Assembly: GCF_009914755.1 (NCBI RefSeq)
Contig: NC_060931.1
DNA length: 64,000 nucleotides
DNA from: the human T2T-CHM13v2.0 reference genome, Homo sapiens
Strand: one strand, 5' to 3'
Shown here: piece by piece, positions 13,719 through 26,362 of the stretch
Position numbering within the stretch: position 1 is the first letter of the stretch
Layout of the letters: each line of letters starts with the position of its first letter
The notes under the pieces: model-generated
Databases searched by the model: none
What the model was told of the DNA's origin: nothing
Seen by the model: only the letters and a program-made list of their open reading frames with translations
Translations under genes and position numbers: made by a program

Positions 13719-14576
13719 CCTTTTTGCTAAAAACAGTAATGCCTTGTCTGTGAAAGTATGGCTATACAAAAGGAAGTAAAATAGTGGTTTTGAATAGTGG
13801 TATAGCAACCACAACTTCTAGTTTCAATTTCTAGTCCTCCTGCTTATTTTTCTTCTTGATACTGAAGTAGAAAAACACCAGAAGTCTGGCACAATTATGT
13901 GTCTATAAGTTACTCTGAGTGGCTTGTTTTTGTGTGAGGGGTAACATAATACCAATAGAGCTACAACTACTTGTCATAGAAGAATATGCAAAATTACCAG
14001 GCAAACTTCAAAGATTCTTTTAGATTTGTGCCTATAAACACTGCTGATACACACCTCACCTTCCAGCCGCCATTTTCCTCAAGGTTAAGAATCTTCAAAG
14101 CAAAGCTCAGCCCAAGCAAAGTCGTCAGGCAAAGGAGAATTCCCTTTTTGCCTATCCCCTTTCCCTCCACTCTTGTGTTTCCTCTCCTTGCACAGCATGC
14201 CTGGGGCACTTCACTGTGTCTCATTTGCCTTTTCCAGCCAGGATCCTCTGAGGTCCTCTAGCTATTCTGCCTCAGCCTTGCAATTTGGCCCAGACTGCCT
14301 CTATCACTCAGGATTTGTTATCATGAGTTTACTTGCAGAAATCTGACAGCCCTGGATTTCCTCAGGATCAGACTAAGATGCCTTCTTTGATCACAATTAG
14401 CAAAATCATGAATCGATCCATACTAATGTGGTAGTGGAAGACAGATAAAGGAGTTACCCAGGATCCTTCCATACCTTCTAGGTAAATCTATGTGTCAAAA
14501 AGAAAGAACTTCTGGAGACAATGGGGATGGCCCTGTTATATAATTCAGCATAGTGGCTTTAGTTGGGAATCTCAGG

Positions 14577-15160
14577 CAAGGTCAGCTATATAATGTGCAA
14601 GGTCTAGTGCAAAATGAAAATGCAGGGCCCCATGGTCAGCATCCCAACCCCGGGGCAACAGGCAACCCCAAAGGACTGTCACTTTCATGTCAATATATGC
14701 TCAGTGCCTGGATCGGGTGTGTTCAAGAGGATTCCACCAAGTCACCTGTGAAATGGATTGTGTCATTTCACAATGTGAAATGGTGTCAAGCTTGTGATGG
14801 AGACAGCTGCCACCTTGTCCTGCCCTGAGATACCACAGAGCATGCACCAGATTCTGGCCCTCCTTGCACCTGCACCCGGGACCTGGTTCCTGGCCCAGGC
14901 AAAGGGCGGCACTGGTCATAGGTAAGACTAGGAAGGAGATAGCAGGGCAGGCCTAGGGCACCAGGGGCTGGAGAGCAGGCAGCCAGAGAACCTGTCCAGG
15001 GGAGGTAGGGAGGCAGCACTTTGGGTAAGTCTAGGCCCCATGTCTCCAGCAAATGCTCCGTTGTCCTATCAGACTTCACTTGCAAAACACAAAATCAAAT
15101 ATAAAATTATTGAAGTTTTAAGACAGCAGCCACAGAGCATTAAACCCCAGGTGCAGGGAC
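14577..15160 (-). mobile_element. MER45 (B/C-like) hAT-Tip100 element
   Basis: gtgcaaaatgaaaatgcagggcccc and aagacagcagccacagagcattaaacc match the MER45 ends. Confidence 0.75.
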
Positions 15161-15680
15161 TCCACAGAAAAGGGAACAATGTTTTCATACAAGTAGATCT
15201 TTGTGGTATTTCTTCAATCATGTGTCATCATAAGAGACACCAAAACATCCTGCAAAGAGTATAGGATTTGGAGTGAGAAGATCTGGAGTGAGAAGATCCA
15301 GATTTGTGTCCTGAGTTTCAGACTTACTTTATCATTAAAGAAATGATATTATCATTAAACTGTACAAAACCATGCATTTTCCATCTTATGATCGTCTCAT
15401 ATTAGGTGGTATCCTCTAACAGCTAAATGGAATAAGGTTAGTGTCACAGAGACCATGAGCTAGCTACCAAAATCTATTCATCTCATCTTTGGGTACAGAA
15501 TAGACTAGATTTCCCAGACTTTCTTACAGATAGGTGGAGTCCTATGACTGATTTCTCTCCAATGGAATGTGACCAGAAATGACATATGCTACTTCAAAGC
15601 CAGGCCCAGAAAAATCTCCCACAACTGCTTCTTGGTGCCCTTCTTAGACTGGTTGTAGGTGATAACAGGGCCCTAGAAAG

Positions 15681-16192
15681 AGGAATTCTTAACTGGGGCA
15701 CATGGAACCCCAGAAATTCTCTAGATAGAATTCAGGGACTCTACGATTTAGATGAGAAAAATCTTTAAATTTTTATTTCACTAATCTGTATTTGGGATGT
15801 AGCATTTCTTTTCACTATTAATATAAGCAACAAAGCACAGTGTGATGAGCAGTAACTGACTCTTTAACCAATAAAAATCACCAGTGCTGTCATATTTTAT
15901 TACAGTTGCTGCAGACATCTCAAAATACAATGTATTTTCATCACTACTATGATATTAGAGTAATAATTAGATCCACTGCTAATTATTATTTAAGCATGAA
16001 ATAAAAGCACATATACTATACGTGACAAATTAGATCTTTTAATATTTTTAAAACTATATTTCAACATAGTTTTCATTATGTCATCTTAACATTTAATTTT
16101 ATGCATTTGTAAACATTATTCCAAGAAGGAAATCTTGAGGCTTGACCAGACCTCCCAACATGGCCCATGACACAAAAAGTTTAGAAACCCTG
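15681..16192 (+). mobile_element. hAT-Charlie non-autonomous element (Charlie4a-like)
   Basis: Ends aggaattcttaactgggg... and ...ggcccatgacacaaaaagtttagaaaccctg. Confidence 0.65.
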
Positions 16193-16224
16193 ATAGGATT
16201 ACGCTAAAGAGAAAAAAATCTACA

Positions 16225-16500
16225 CAGGAAAAAAAAAAGGTTATTTACTATGTGATCCCATCTAAATGACACTGTGGAAAAGGCAAACTTATCAGGACAG
16301 AAATCGGTGAGGAAGGAAGGGGACTGTCTACAAAGAGGCACACGAGTACTTTTTGAAGCAATGGAAATATTCTATATCTTGAATGTGATAGTGGTTACAC
16401 AACTGTATACATTTGTCAGAATTCATTGAACTGTACACTTAAAAAGACAGAATTTTAATATATCTAAATTATACCTAAATTTTGTAAATTTAACTTTTAA
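16225..16500 (+). mobile_element. L1MC/MD 3' end
   Basis: ggaaatattctatatcttga...gaactgtacacttaaaa...aaattatacct. Confidence 0.8.
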
Positions 16501-16719
16501 AAAACAGCCCTGCTAGAAGATAGCAGGGTCACAAGATTAAAGGAGCTGGCATGTTGTCTTCAAGGGGAGCCACCCACTAACCTGAACAACTGCCCAGGGC
16601 TGTCATGTGAGAGAGAAATCAACTTCTATTGTGCTGAGTTTGTGTACTTGAGTTTATTTGCTACCAAAAAAAACTTAGACTACCCTTACACATTTAGGAA
16701 GAGTATTTTGTACGGCATA

Positions 16720-16960
16720 ATACAAATGTTGGAATGAGAATATAATGCTCCTGATGCTGTTAGTCAAGAGGTTTGCATAATTTGGACAACCACTTAACTT
16801 CTCTGAACTTCAATTTCCCCATCCATGGAATGAATGGAATTGATAGTAACCACCCACCCCCGCCCCCCGCCGTACCCCCTTGCAGTATGTTGTAAAGATG
16901 AGAGACTGGACTGCATAAATCTTAGCCTAGAGCACCCAACAAATGAAAAGCTGTTATTCA
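16720..16960 (+). mobile_element. MIR
   Basis: cacttaacttctctgaacttcaatttccccatccatggaatg. Confidence 0.7.
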
Positions 16961-18149
16961 AGTAGCCACCTATTCTGATTATATTTGGAGCATTACCTAC
17001 CGTATTGGTAGTCCCAGCCCTGTAAAATCTAATATTACACTTTCTTTAGCAAAACTATTTCTCGAGGTTTCATCCTCTTTTTTTAGCAAGTGATTTTCAT
17101 ATCTCAAAGTTAGTTGAGATGTTCAAGACCATCTGATCCAACCCTTTCATTTTCTATTTCTACTTAGGGTAACAAAATGAAAGCAAGCGCGTGGCCTTCT
17201 TCTGAGTGACAGAACTGGCAGCTCAGAGCCACTGCTGAAAAAGAAGATCCAGAAAATCCCCACATTTTGAGTCACAGCTGCAGCTGCTGAGGGCCAAGAT
17301 ACTATCCCACAGGGCTCCACCATTCTTGAAGAACTAAGGAGGAAAGACCTGAGAGAGGAGAGGTCACAATTTGGGAGGCTACACTTGTATTAAAATGAGG
17401 CTATTCTCTTCCTTTACCTCTAGGAAGCCAAAGAAAGTTCATCAGAGAGATTGAGGATTCCCAAACTCCCCCAACCTCAACTAAGCTAGGGACTAGAGCT
17501 AGCGTCTTATCTAAGAGTGGATCAAGAACTTGATTAGCAAAGGGCCTGATGCTGCTTCACAGACTGATGATAGATCTTAGAGGTTTGCCTGTGAGGGGCA
17601 ACCTGCATTTCCACTATCAGCAGCAACAAGGATTCTTGGATGCCTGTGGGCCAAGATGACACTGCTAAAGGAGCCTGATCCTTAGCGATCTACTCCACTG
17701 AACAATGGCCAAAGAGCCAATGGGACCCCAACAGCAAGAGGCAAGTGGCGGGAACCAACTGGGACAGGGGCTGCAGACATGATAGCTGTGGAGTCCAAGC
17801 CAGATCCCCAATGCCAGGGACTATGCAAAGACGAGGTCCCTATTAGCACCCTTACAGGAACCAACAAACGCACCTCAGAGAATCCGTATGCGCTTGCTAC
17901 CAAAAATGCAAATGTGTTAAGCACCAGTCAGTGTTAGAGAATCAGTAACTCAGTCACAACAAATGGAGTGGAAACTACTACCTCACCATAAGTCATTCTG
18001 TAAGAAGACCTCTGCTTCTACCTTTCCCACTCACTTCCCACCCCAGCACCAGAGGGGAAGCAGTGAGAAAGGAGGGATGAAGAGAGGTGTCTCACATAGT
18101 ATCCACTTTGTGTGCTCTCTCCACACTCCTGCCAGCCATGCCCAAACCA

Positions 18150-18475
18150 CCACTCCAGCTTCTGCCACCACAACTGCCACCACCACCACCATTACCACTA
18201 CCATCACCACCACCACCATCACTGCACTATTGCCACTATCACTACCATCGCTACCACCATTATTACCACCACTATCACCACCAGCACCAGCACCACTACA
18301 CCATTGCCACCATCACTACCATCACCACCACCACTACCACCACTACTATCATCACCACCATCACCACCACCACCACATCATTGCCACCTTTACTACCAGC
18401 ATCACCACCACCACCACAACACTACCACTACTACCATACCACAACCACCACTGTCCCCACCATCACTATCAGTAC
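18150..18475. repeat. Imperfect (CAC/CAT/TAC)n trinucleotide repeat
   Basis: About 320 bp of caccaccaccattaccactaccat... Confidence 0.97.
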
Positions 18476-19327
18476 CAAGCAGCCTAGAGCCAGAGGTCTT
18501 ACTGGTATATGTGAGGGGGTGGATAGAGATTTGGGCCTAGCATGAGTTTAATACTTAAAAACAAATACTACTGAATCTTAAAACATGTTTAATAAACTGT
18601 TTTAACAAATGTGTGTCTTCAAAGTTGTGGAAGTGCACTATTATGCCTCAAAGGAGCCCATTACCCAAAGACAGAGCATCACTTGAAAAAATAAAACCAT
18701 TTCATGTTTATACCCACAACGAATTGGGACTTTTTGATAGAATGAATAATAAATTCAATAAGTTGACATTCGCTGAGCACCAAGTATATCTCAAGAAATT
18801 TAAGGCTGGCATTCGTTTAAACACGATCTCTTTCATACCTAGGAGAACCTCCTTGTTGTAATAGCTTCCAAGCCAAGGTAAGCCAATGAATTCTTCCCAA
18901 TTCTAATGATAAAATAATTGGTTTGCCAATGGACTATGTGTAAATGTGTCTTAACAAGCACAGTTACTGGTCAGGCAATCATTAATGCCTCATAAATTAA
19001 GAGCAGGAGGCAGGAACAAGCGGTCCAGTAGATCTCAGAGCTTTGCCAGGGAACTACTCACCAGGGCATTACCTTGTTGGTTAATGAATGCCCACACAGC
19101 AGAAAACGTGGGATGCAAACATTGCTTCTTGCCACTAATGCATTTAATTAGTGGATGATCAGTATTCATTTGCAGAAAATAAGCACATCTGTTCTGAGAC
19201 ATATATTAGTGACAAAAGCAAAGTCACAACCAGATGCTTCCCTCTGGGTTTTGATGGTGGTAGTGGTGGTGCTTTGGTTTGTTTTTTTGCTCTTGTATAG
19301 ACAAAAGTTCACCGTGAAATGACTCAC

Positions 19328-19338
19328 CAAAACAGAAA
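19328..19338 (-). other. Candidate 11-nt microexon
   Basis: cttaacttttgtttttcag|TTTCTGTTTTG|gtgagt: branch-point-like CTTAAC, U-rich tract, consensus donor. Confidence 0.4.
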
Positions 19339-19426
19339 CTGAAAAACAAAAGTTAAGGATAAATTCATCATAATCCTTCATCAATCCCAGTAAGAGGAAA
19401 AAGGCCAAAATTGCATGCTTTGCCAT

Positions 19427-19812
19427 TGTTATGGGTTGAACTGTGTCCCCCAGATTCATATGTTGAAATCTTAACTCCCAGTACTTAAAAGTGTGCTTGT
19501 ATTTGGAGATAGAGTCTTTAAAAAGGCAATTAAGGTAAAATGAGGTCATTAATGTGGGCCCTAATCCCAAAAGATGCTGTCCTTATAAGAAATGAAAATT
19601 TGGACACAGACACACACAGGGAAAAGACCATGTGAAGACACAGGAGGAAGACAGCCATCTATAAGCCAAGAAGAGGGGCCTCAGAAGAAACCAGTCCTGC
19701 TGATATCCTGATTTCAGACTTCTAGCCTCCATAACTGTGAGAAATAAATTTTGGTTGTTAAGTTACCCAGTTTGTGGGTACTTCACCACAGCAGCCCTAG
19801 CAAACTAGTACA
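19427..19812 (+). mobile_element. MLT1B-like MaLR solo LTR
   Basis: tgttatgggttgaactgtgtcccc...gcagccctagcaaactagtaca. Confidence 0.9.
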
Positions 19813-19849
19813 GGCTATCATTATTTTTCAACAGTATTTTCACTTCAAA

Positions 19850-20215
19850 TCATGGCACTGTAGAGCTGGAAAGTGCCCAAGCATCCATTATTCAGTCCAA
19901 CCTATCATTTTATGTATAGTAATAATAACTAGCAGTATTGAGTGCTTAATGTGACAGACACTGTAAGGGACATATAATATATTCTGATATTTACATCAAC
20001 TCTGTTGTATTTACTGTCATCCCCATTTTTACAGATTCCCAGAGCCAGTGAACACCAGAAACTTGGATTCAAACTCTGATTTGCTTGACACCAAATTCCT
20101 GAACTCTGGAACACTACATAGAAATGAGTTAAGCAATTTGCATAAAGTTAACAACTAAGTCACAGCAGAACTAGACCAAGAATGGAGGTCACCTAACTCC
20201 CAAACCATATCCTGC
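19850..20215 (-). mobile_element. MIR fragments
   Basis: gtattgagtgcttaatgtg; catccccatttttacagat; ttaagcaatttgcataaagt. Confidence 0.65.
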
Positions 20216-20859
20216 CTCAACTACTGTAAGGACTTTTTTAAATACAAAGTTTTATAAAGTGAATGGGCTGGGACACGTTGCCTGGTAAAGCTGTGAGACC
20301 CACCGCCTCATGCTCTACAATATCTTTACAAATATTTCAATGAGTATCCAAGGATGAGTACGTTGGAAAGTGTGTGAAGTTTCTGAGGTCTAGGGACATG
20401 TGTGAGAGTGTCTGGATGCTGAACAAAAGTAACAGAAGCAGGAGAGGCCATGCCAATAAGGTTTAAGGTTTGAAGAGTAATATTCAAGTAGTGGGGTTTA
20501 GAAGATGAGGAACAGTTTTCACCATACCTGCAGATTCATAAGCTCACTTATACCCTAAATGCTTTTATACAACTGGTACCTAAATAGGAAATTCTGGGAT
20601 TTAGGAGGGTTTCTTTTGAAGGAATTGCTTTTCCTCTCTCATGCTTCTAGAGCTTTAAGTTGAACTCCACTTTAAATTGAACTCCTATAGTCTACATTCA
20701 AGCTTGTTCTTGACATTCTCATTAAAGCTGGATTATAAAATTTCATTTTAAAAATCCATAATAAAACCTACAGTTTATGACTGTGGTGTGAAGTATCGCA
20801 AATGAAAAATGAAACTAGGTTTCCGGAGAAATTGCCTCCTCTAAGCTGCATTCACGTCT

Positions 20860-21035
20860 CAGTGGTCCTCAAAATGTAGTTCCCAGGCCAGCAGCATCAG
20901 TTATCAGTGAGGTGGAAACTTAGAAACACAAAGGTTCAAGCTCCTCTCCTGGGCATATTGAATGAGAAACTCCGCAATCTGTGCTTTAATAAGTCTTCCA
21001 GGTGATTCTGACACATATATGCGTTAGAAACGCTG
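20860..21035 (+). mobile_element. MER5A
   Basis: cagtggtcctcaaaatgtagt...tttaataagtcttccaggtgattctga. Confidence 0.75.
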
Positions 21036-21577
21036 CTCCGTAGGTACTAAAATGTTTTTTAAAGTCTTGAAATACCGAACTCCGAAATCTTTAATAAATG
21101 ATTTTAAAGGGAAAGGTATCAGAATGACCCTTACCAATTGTTAAATCATGTTCTGTCAAAGACACAATACCATCTATGGAAGTGATTCCTGTATGTTGGC
21201 CTTTTAGGTGCCCTTGAACACCAAGAGTCTGTGAGCATTGAGGGAGAACAATACACAAAAATAGTTGTGTAATTATAAATCATTGGCACTTAATTTTCTT
21301 AAATTTTTGATATTCCTACAAAAATATCCTTCTGGAACATTATCTGTTCCATTAAGTATTCTGAAATCTAAGGAATACACCAAGATATTAACAATAGTTA
21401 TCTCTGAGCAGGGGAATTATGGGTGAATTTTATTCTCATCTTAATATTTTATATAAATATTTTTTCTTAAAATATTAAGGTAAGGTTAAATAAGCAATAT
21501 GAGGTTCTATCAAACTCAATAAAAAGCCATTATTCATAATAGCTATAGCCAGATACACTTTTAATAGTAGAGAAAGG

Positions 21578-21783
21578 TTTTTTTTTCTAGCTTTTATTTT
21601 ACATTTGAAGGTACATGTGAAGGTGTGTTACATTAGGTAAACACATATGTTGGGGCTTTGTTGAACATATTATTTCATCACAGAGATACTAAGCCCAGTA
21701 CCCAATATTTATATTTTCTACTCCTTTCCCTCCTCTCACCCTCCTCACTCAAGTAGAACCCAGTGTCTGTTGTTTGCTTCTTA
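21578..21783 (-). mobile_element. L1PA13-16-like 3' end fragment
   Basis: ggtacatgtgaaggtgtgttaca...ctaagcccagtacccaata...cccagtgtctgttgtt. Confidence 0.8.
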
Positions 21784-21799
21784 ATGAAGAACAAAATTT

Positions 21800-22076
21800 T
21801 TACAAATAAGTTTAACCATGGAGGTGAACTATCTCCACATTGAAAACTGTAAAACATTAATGACAGAAAATGTAGAATACACAAGTAAAATTGTATCCCG
21901 TGTTCATGAATTGGAAGAATTAATATTAAAATGCCCACACCACACAAAGTGATCTACAGAGCTAATTCCTTCTCCATCAAAATTCCAAAGGCATTTTTCA
22001 CAGAAATAAAAAAACTCCAAAAACTCCAAAATACATATAGAACCACAAAAGGTCCCAAATAGATAAAGCTATCATG
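21800..22076 (+). mobile_element. L1M ORF2 fragment
   Basis: tcccgtgttcatgaattggaagaattaatatt...atcaaaattccaaaggcatttttcacagaaata. Confidence 0.8.
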
Positions 22077-22276
22077 TATATATGATATGTATGATATATA
22101 TGATATATTATATATATGATATATTATATATGATATATATGATACATATGTATGATATATGAGATATAGATATATATGATTATATATGATATATGATATA
22201 TATATTATGTATGTATGTATGTATGTATATATCATATATATTATGTATGATATATATGATATATAATATATATATG

Positions 22277-22316
<40 letters not shown>
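22077..22316. repeat. Compound (TA/TATGA)n plus (TG)n microsatellite
   Basis: Direct read; about 18 perfect TG units at the right end. Confidence 0.97.
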
Positions 22317-22319
<3 letters not shown>

Positions 22320-25300
22320 GTTCCCCTCCCTGTGTCCATGTGTTCTCACTGTTCAACTCCCACTTATGACTGAGAACATGCAGTGTTTGGTTTTCTGTTC
22401 CTGTGCTAGTTTGCTGAGAATGATGGTTTCCAGCTTCATTCATGTCCCTGCAAAGGACATGAACTCATTCTTTTTTATGGCTGCATAGTATTCCATGGTG
22501 TATATGTGTCACATTTTCTTTATCCAGTCTAACATTGATAGGCATTTGGGTTGGTTCCAAGTCTTTGCTATTGTGAATAGTGCTACAATAAATGTATGTG
22601 TGCATTTGTCTTTATAGTAGAATGATTTATAATCCTTTTGATATATACCCAGTAATGGGATTGCTGGGTCAAATGGTATTTCTGGTTCTAGATCCTTGAA
22701 GAATCGCCACACTATCTTCCACAATGATTAAACTAATTTACATTCCCACCAACTGTGTAAAACCATTCCTATTTCTCCACATCCGCTCCAGCATCTGTTG
22801 TTTCCTGACTTTTTAATGATCGCTATTCTAACTGGCCTGAGATGGTATCTCATTGCAGTTTTGATTTGCGTTTCTCTAATGACCAGTGATGAGCTTTGTT
22901 TCACATGCTTCTTGGCCGCATAAATGTCTTCTTTTGAGAAATGTCTGTTCATATCCTTTGCCCACTTCTTGATGGGGCTGTTTGGTTTTTTCTTGAAAAT
23001 TTGTTTAAGTTCCTTGTAGATTCTGGATATTAGCCCTTTGTCAGGTGGATAGATTGCAAAAATTTTCTCCCATTCTGTAGGTTGCCTGTTCATTCTGATG
23101 ATAGCTTCTTTTGCTGTGCAGAAGCTTTTTAGTTTAATTAGGTCCCATTTGTCAATTTTGGCTTTTGTTGCCATTGCTTTTGGTGTTTTACTCATGAAGT
23201 CTTTGCCCATGCCTATGTCCTGAATGGTATTGCCTAGGTTTTTTTCTAGGGTTTTTATGGTTTTACGCTTATATTTAAGTCTTTAATCCATCTTGAGTTA
23301 ATTTTTGTATAAGGTGTAAGGAAGGGGCCCAGTTTCAGTTTTTTGCATATGGCTAGCCAGGTTTCCCAACACCATTTATTGAATAGGGAATCCTTTCCCC
23401 ATTGCTTATTTTTGTTGGGTTTGTCAATGATCAGATGGTTGGAGATGTGTGGCATTATTTCTGAGGCCTCTGTTCTGTTCTGTTGGTCTATATATCTGTT
23501 TTGGTACCAGTACTATGCTGTTTTGGTTACTGTAGCTGTGTAGTATAGTTTGAAGTCAGGTAGCATGATGCCTCCAGCTTTGTTCTTTTTGCTTAGGATT
23601 GTCTTGGGTATACGGGCTCTTTTTTGGCTGCATATTAAATTTAAAGTAGTTTTTTCTAACTCTGTGAAGAAAGTCAATGGTAGCTTGATGGAGATAGCAT
23701 TGAATCTATAAATTATTTTGGGCAGTATGGCCATTTTCATGATATTGATTCTTCCTATCCATGAGCATGGAATGTTTTTCCATTTGTTTGTGTCCTCTCT
23801 TATTTCCTTGGGCAGTGGTTTGTAGTTCCCCTTGAAGATGTCCTTCACATCCCTTGTAAATTGTATTCCTAGGTATTTTATTCTCTTTGTAGCAATTGTG
23901 AATGGGAGTTCACTCATGATTTGGCTCTTTGTTTATTATTGGTGTATAGGAATGCTTGTGATTTTTGCACATTGATTTTGTATCCTGAGACTTTGCTGAA
24001 GTTGCTCATCAGCTTAAGGAGATTTGTGGCTGAGACGATGGGGTTTTCTAAATATACAATCATGTCATCTGCAAACAGGGACAATTTGACTTCTGCTCTT
24101 CCTATTTGAATACCCTTCATTTCTTTCTCTTGCCTGATTGCCCTTGCCAGAACTTCCAATACTATGTTGAATATGAGCGGTGAGAGAGGGCATCCTTGTC
24201 TTGTCAAAGGAAATACTTCCAGTTTTTGCCCATTCAGAATGATATTGGCTGTGGGTTTGTCATAAACAGCTCTTATTATTTTGAGATATGTTCCATCAAT
24301 ACCTAATTTACTGAGAGTTTTTAGCATGAAGGGTTGTTGAATGTTATCAAAGGTTCTTACTTTATCTATTGAGATAATCATGTGGTTTTTGTCATTTGTT
24401 CTGTTTATGTGATGGATTACGTTTATTGATTTGTGTGTGTTGAACCAGCCTTGCATCCCAGGGATGAAGCTGACTTGATTGTGGTGGATAAGCTTTTTGA
24501 TGTGCTGCTGGATTCGGTTTGCCAGTATTTTACTGAGGATTTTCACATCAATGTTCATCAGGAATAATGGCCTGAAATTTTCTTTCTTTGTTGTGTCTCT
24601 GCCAGGTTTTGGTATCAGGATGATGCTGGCCTCATAAAATGAGTTAGGGAGGATTCCCTCTTTTTCTATTGTTTGGAATAGTTTCAGAAGGAATGGTACC
24701 AGCTCCTCTTTGTACATCTGTGAGAATTTGGCTGTGAATCCATCTGGTCCTGGGCTTTTTTTGGTTGGTAGGCTATTAACTACTGCCTCAATATCAGAAC
24801 TTGTTATTGATTCATCCAGGGATTTGACTTCTTCCTTGTTTAGTGTTGGAAGGTTTATGTGTCCAGGAATTTATCCATTTCTTCTAGATTTTCTAGTTTA
24901 TTTGCATAGAGGTGTTTATAGTATTCTCTGATGGTAATTTGTACTACTGTGGGATCAGTGGTGCTATCCCCTTTATCATTTTTTATTGTGTCTATTTGAT
25001 TCTTCTCTCTTTTCTTCTTTATTAGTCTGGCTACTGGTCTATCTATTTTGTTAATCTTTACAAAAAACCAGCTCCTGGATTCATTGATTTTTTGAAGGTT
25101 TTTTTGTGTCTCTATCTCCTTCAGTTCTGCTCTGATCTTAGTTATTTCTTGCCTTCTGCTAGTTTTTGAATGTGTTTGCTCTTGCTTCTCTAGTTCTTTT
25201 AATTGTGATGTTAGGGTGTCGAATTTAGATCTTTCCCGCTTTCTCCTGTGGGCATTTAGTGCTATAAATTTCCCTTTAAACACTGTTTTAGCTGTGTCCC

Positions 25301-26066
25301 AGAGACTCTGGTATGTTGTGTCTTTGTTCTCATTGGTTTCAAAGAACTTATTTATTCCTGCCTTCATTTTGTTATTTACCCAGTAGTCATTCAGGAGCAG
25401 GTTGTTCAGTTTCCATGCAGTTGTGCAGTTTTGAGTGAGTTTCTTAATTCTGAGTTCTAATTTGATTGCACTGTGGTCTGAGAGACTGTTTGTTATGATT
25501 TCTGTTCTTTTGCATTTGCTGAGGAGTGTTTTACCTCCAATTATGTGGTCAATTTTAGAATAAGTGCAATGTGGTGCTGAGAAGAATGTATATTCTGTTG
25601 ACTTGGGGTGGAGAGTTCTGTAGATGTGTTTTAGGTTCGTTTGGTCCAGAGCTGAGTTCAAGCCCTGAATATCCTTGTTAATTTTCTGTCTCGTTGATCT
25701 AATATTGATATTGGGGTGTTAAAGTCTCCCACTATTATTGTGTGGGAGCCTAAGTCTCTGTGTAGGTCTCTAAGAACTTGCTTTATGAATCTGGGTGCTT
25801 CTGTATTGGCTGTATATATATTTGGGATAGTTAACTCTTCTTGTTGTATTGATCCCTTTACCGTTATGTAATGCCCTTCTTTGTCTTTTTTGATCTTTAT
25901 TGGTTCAAAGTCTGTTTTATCAGGGACTAGGATTGCAACCACTGCTTTTTTTTTCTTTCCATTTCCTTGGCAGATGATCCTCCATCCCTTTATTTTGAGC
26001 ATATGTGTGTTTTTGCACGTGAGATGGGTCTCCTGAATACAGCACACCAACAGGCCTCGACTCTTT

Positions 26067-26362
26067 TTTATTTTTATTTTTTTTGAGACTGAGTCTTGCT
26101 CTTTCCCCTAGGCTGGAGCAGTGGTGCGATCTTGGCTCACTGCAACCTCTCCCTCCCAGGTTCAAGCAATTCTCTGCCTCAGCCTACCAAGTAGCTGGGA
26201 CTACAGATGCATGTCATCACACCCGGGTAATTTTTTGTATTTTTGGTAGATACAGGGTTTCACCATGTTAGCCAGGCTGGTCTCAATCTCCTGACCTCGT
26301 GATCTGCCCACCTCAACCTCCCAAAGTGCTGGGATTACAGGCGTGAGCCACCATGCCCGACC
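26067..26362 (-). mobile_element. AluS (Sc/Sg-like) inserted in the L1 ORF2 endonuclease region
   Basis: Degenerate TSD caggcctcgactcttt (26051-66) / tgggccttgattcttt (26363-78). Confidence 0.93.

Larger units (their letters stand above)
15440..16692 (+). mobile_element. Old ERVL/MaLR LTR (LTR16/MLT1J-like), split by nested insertions
   Basis: atttcccagac...ccaatggaatgtgaccagaaatga (5' part) and gtgagagagaaatcaacttctattg (3' part). Confidence 0.65.

Noticed and set aside
17963-18545. 142-174 aa poly-His/Thr/Pro ORFs
   Set aside because: All three frames are open only because CAC-type triplets contain no stops; simple-repeat artefact.
21578-21783. Idea that this L1PA13-16 3' end is the missing, inverted end of the L1PA15/16 at 45.66 kb
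   Set aside because: The sequence after its tail (cctttctctactatt) does not match the flank before 45660 (aaaagagatagtat).
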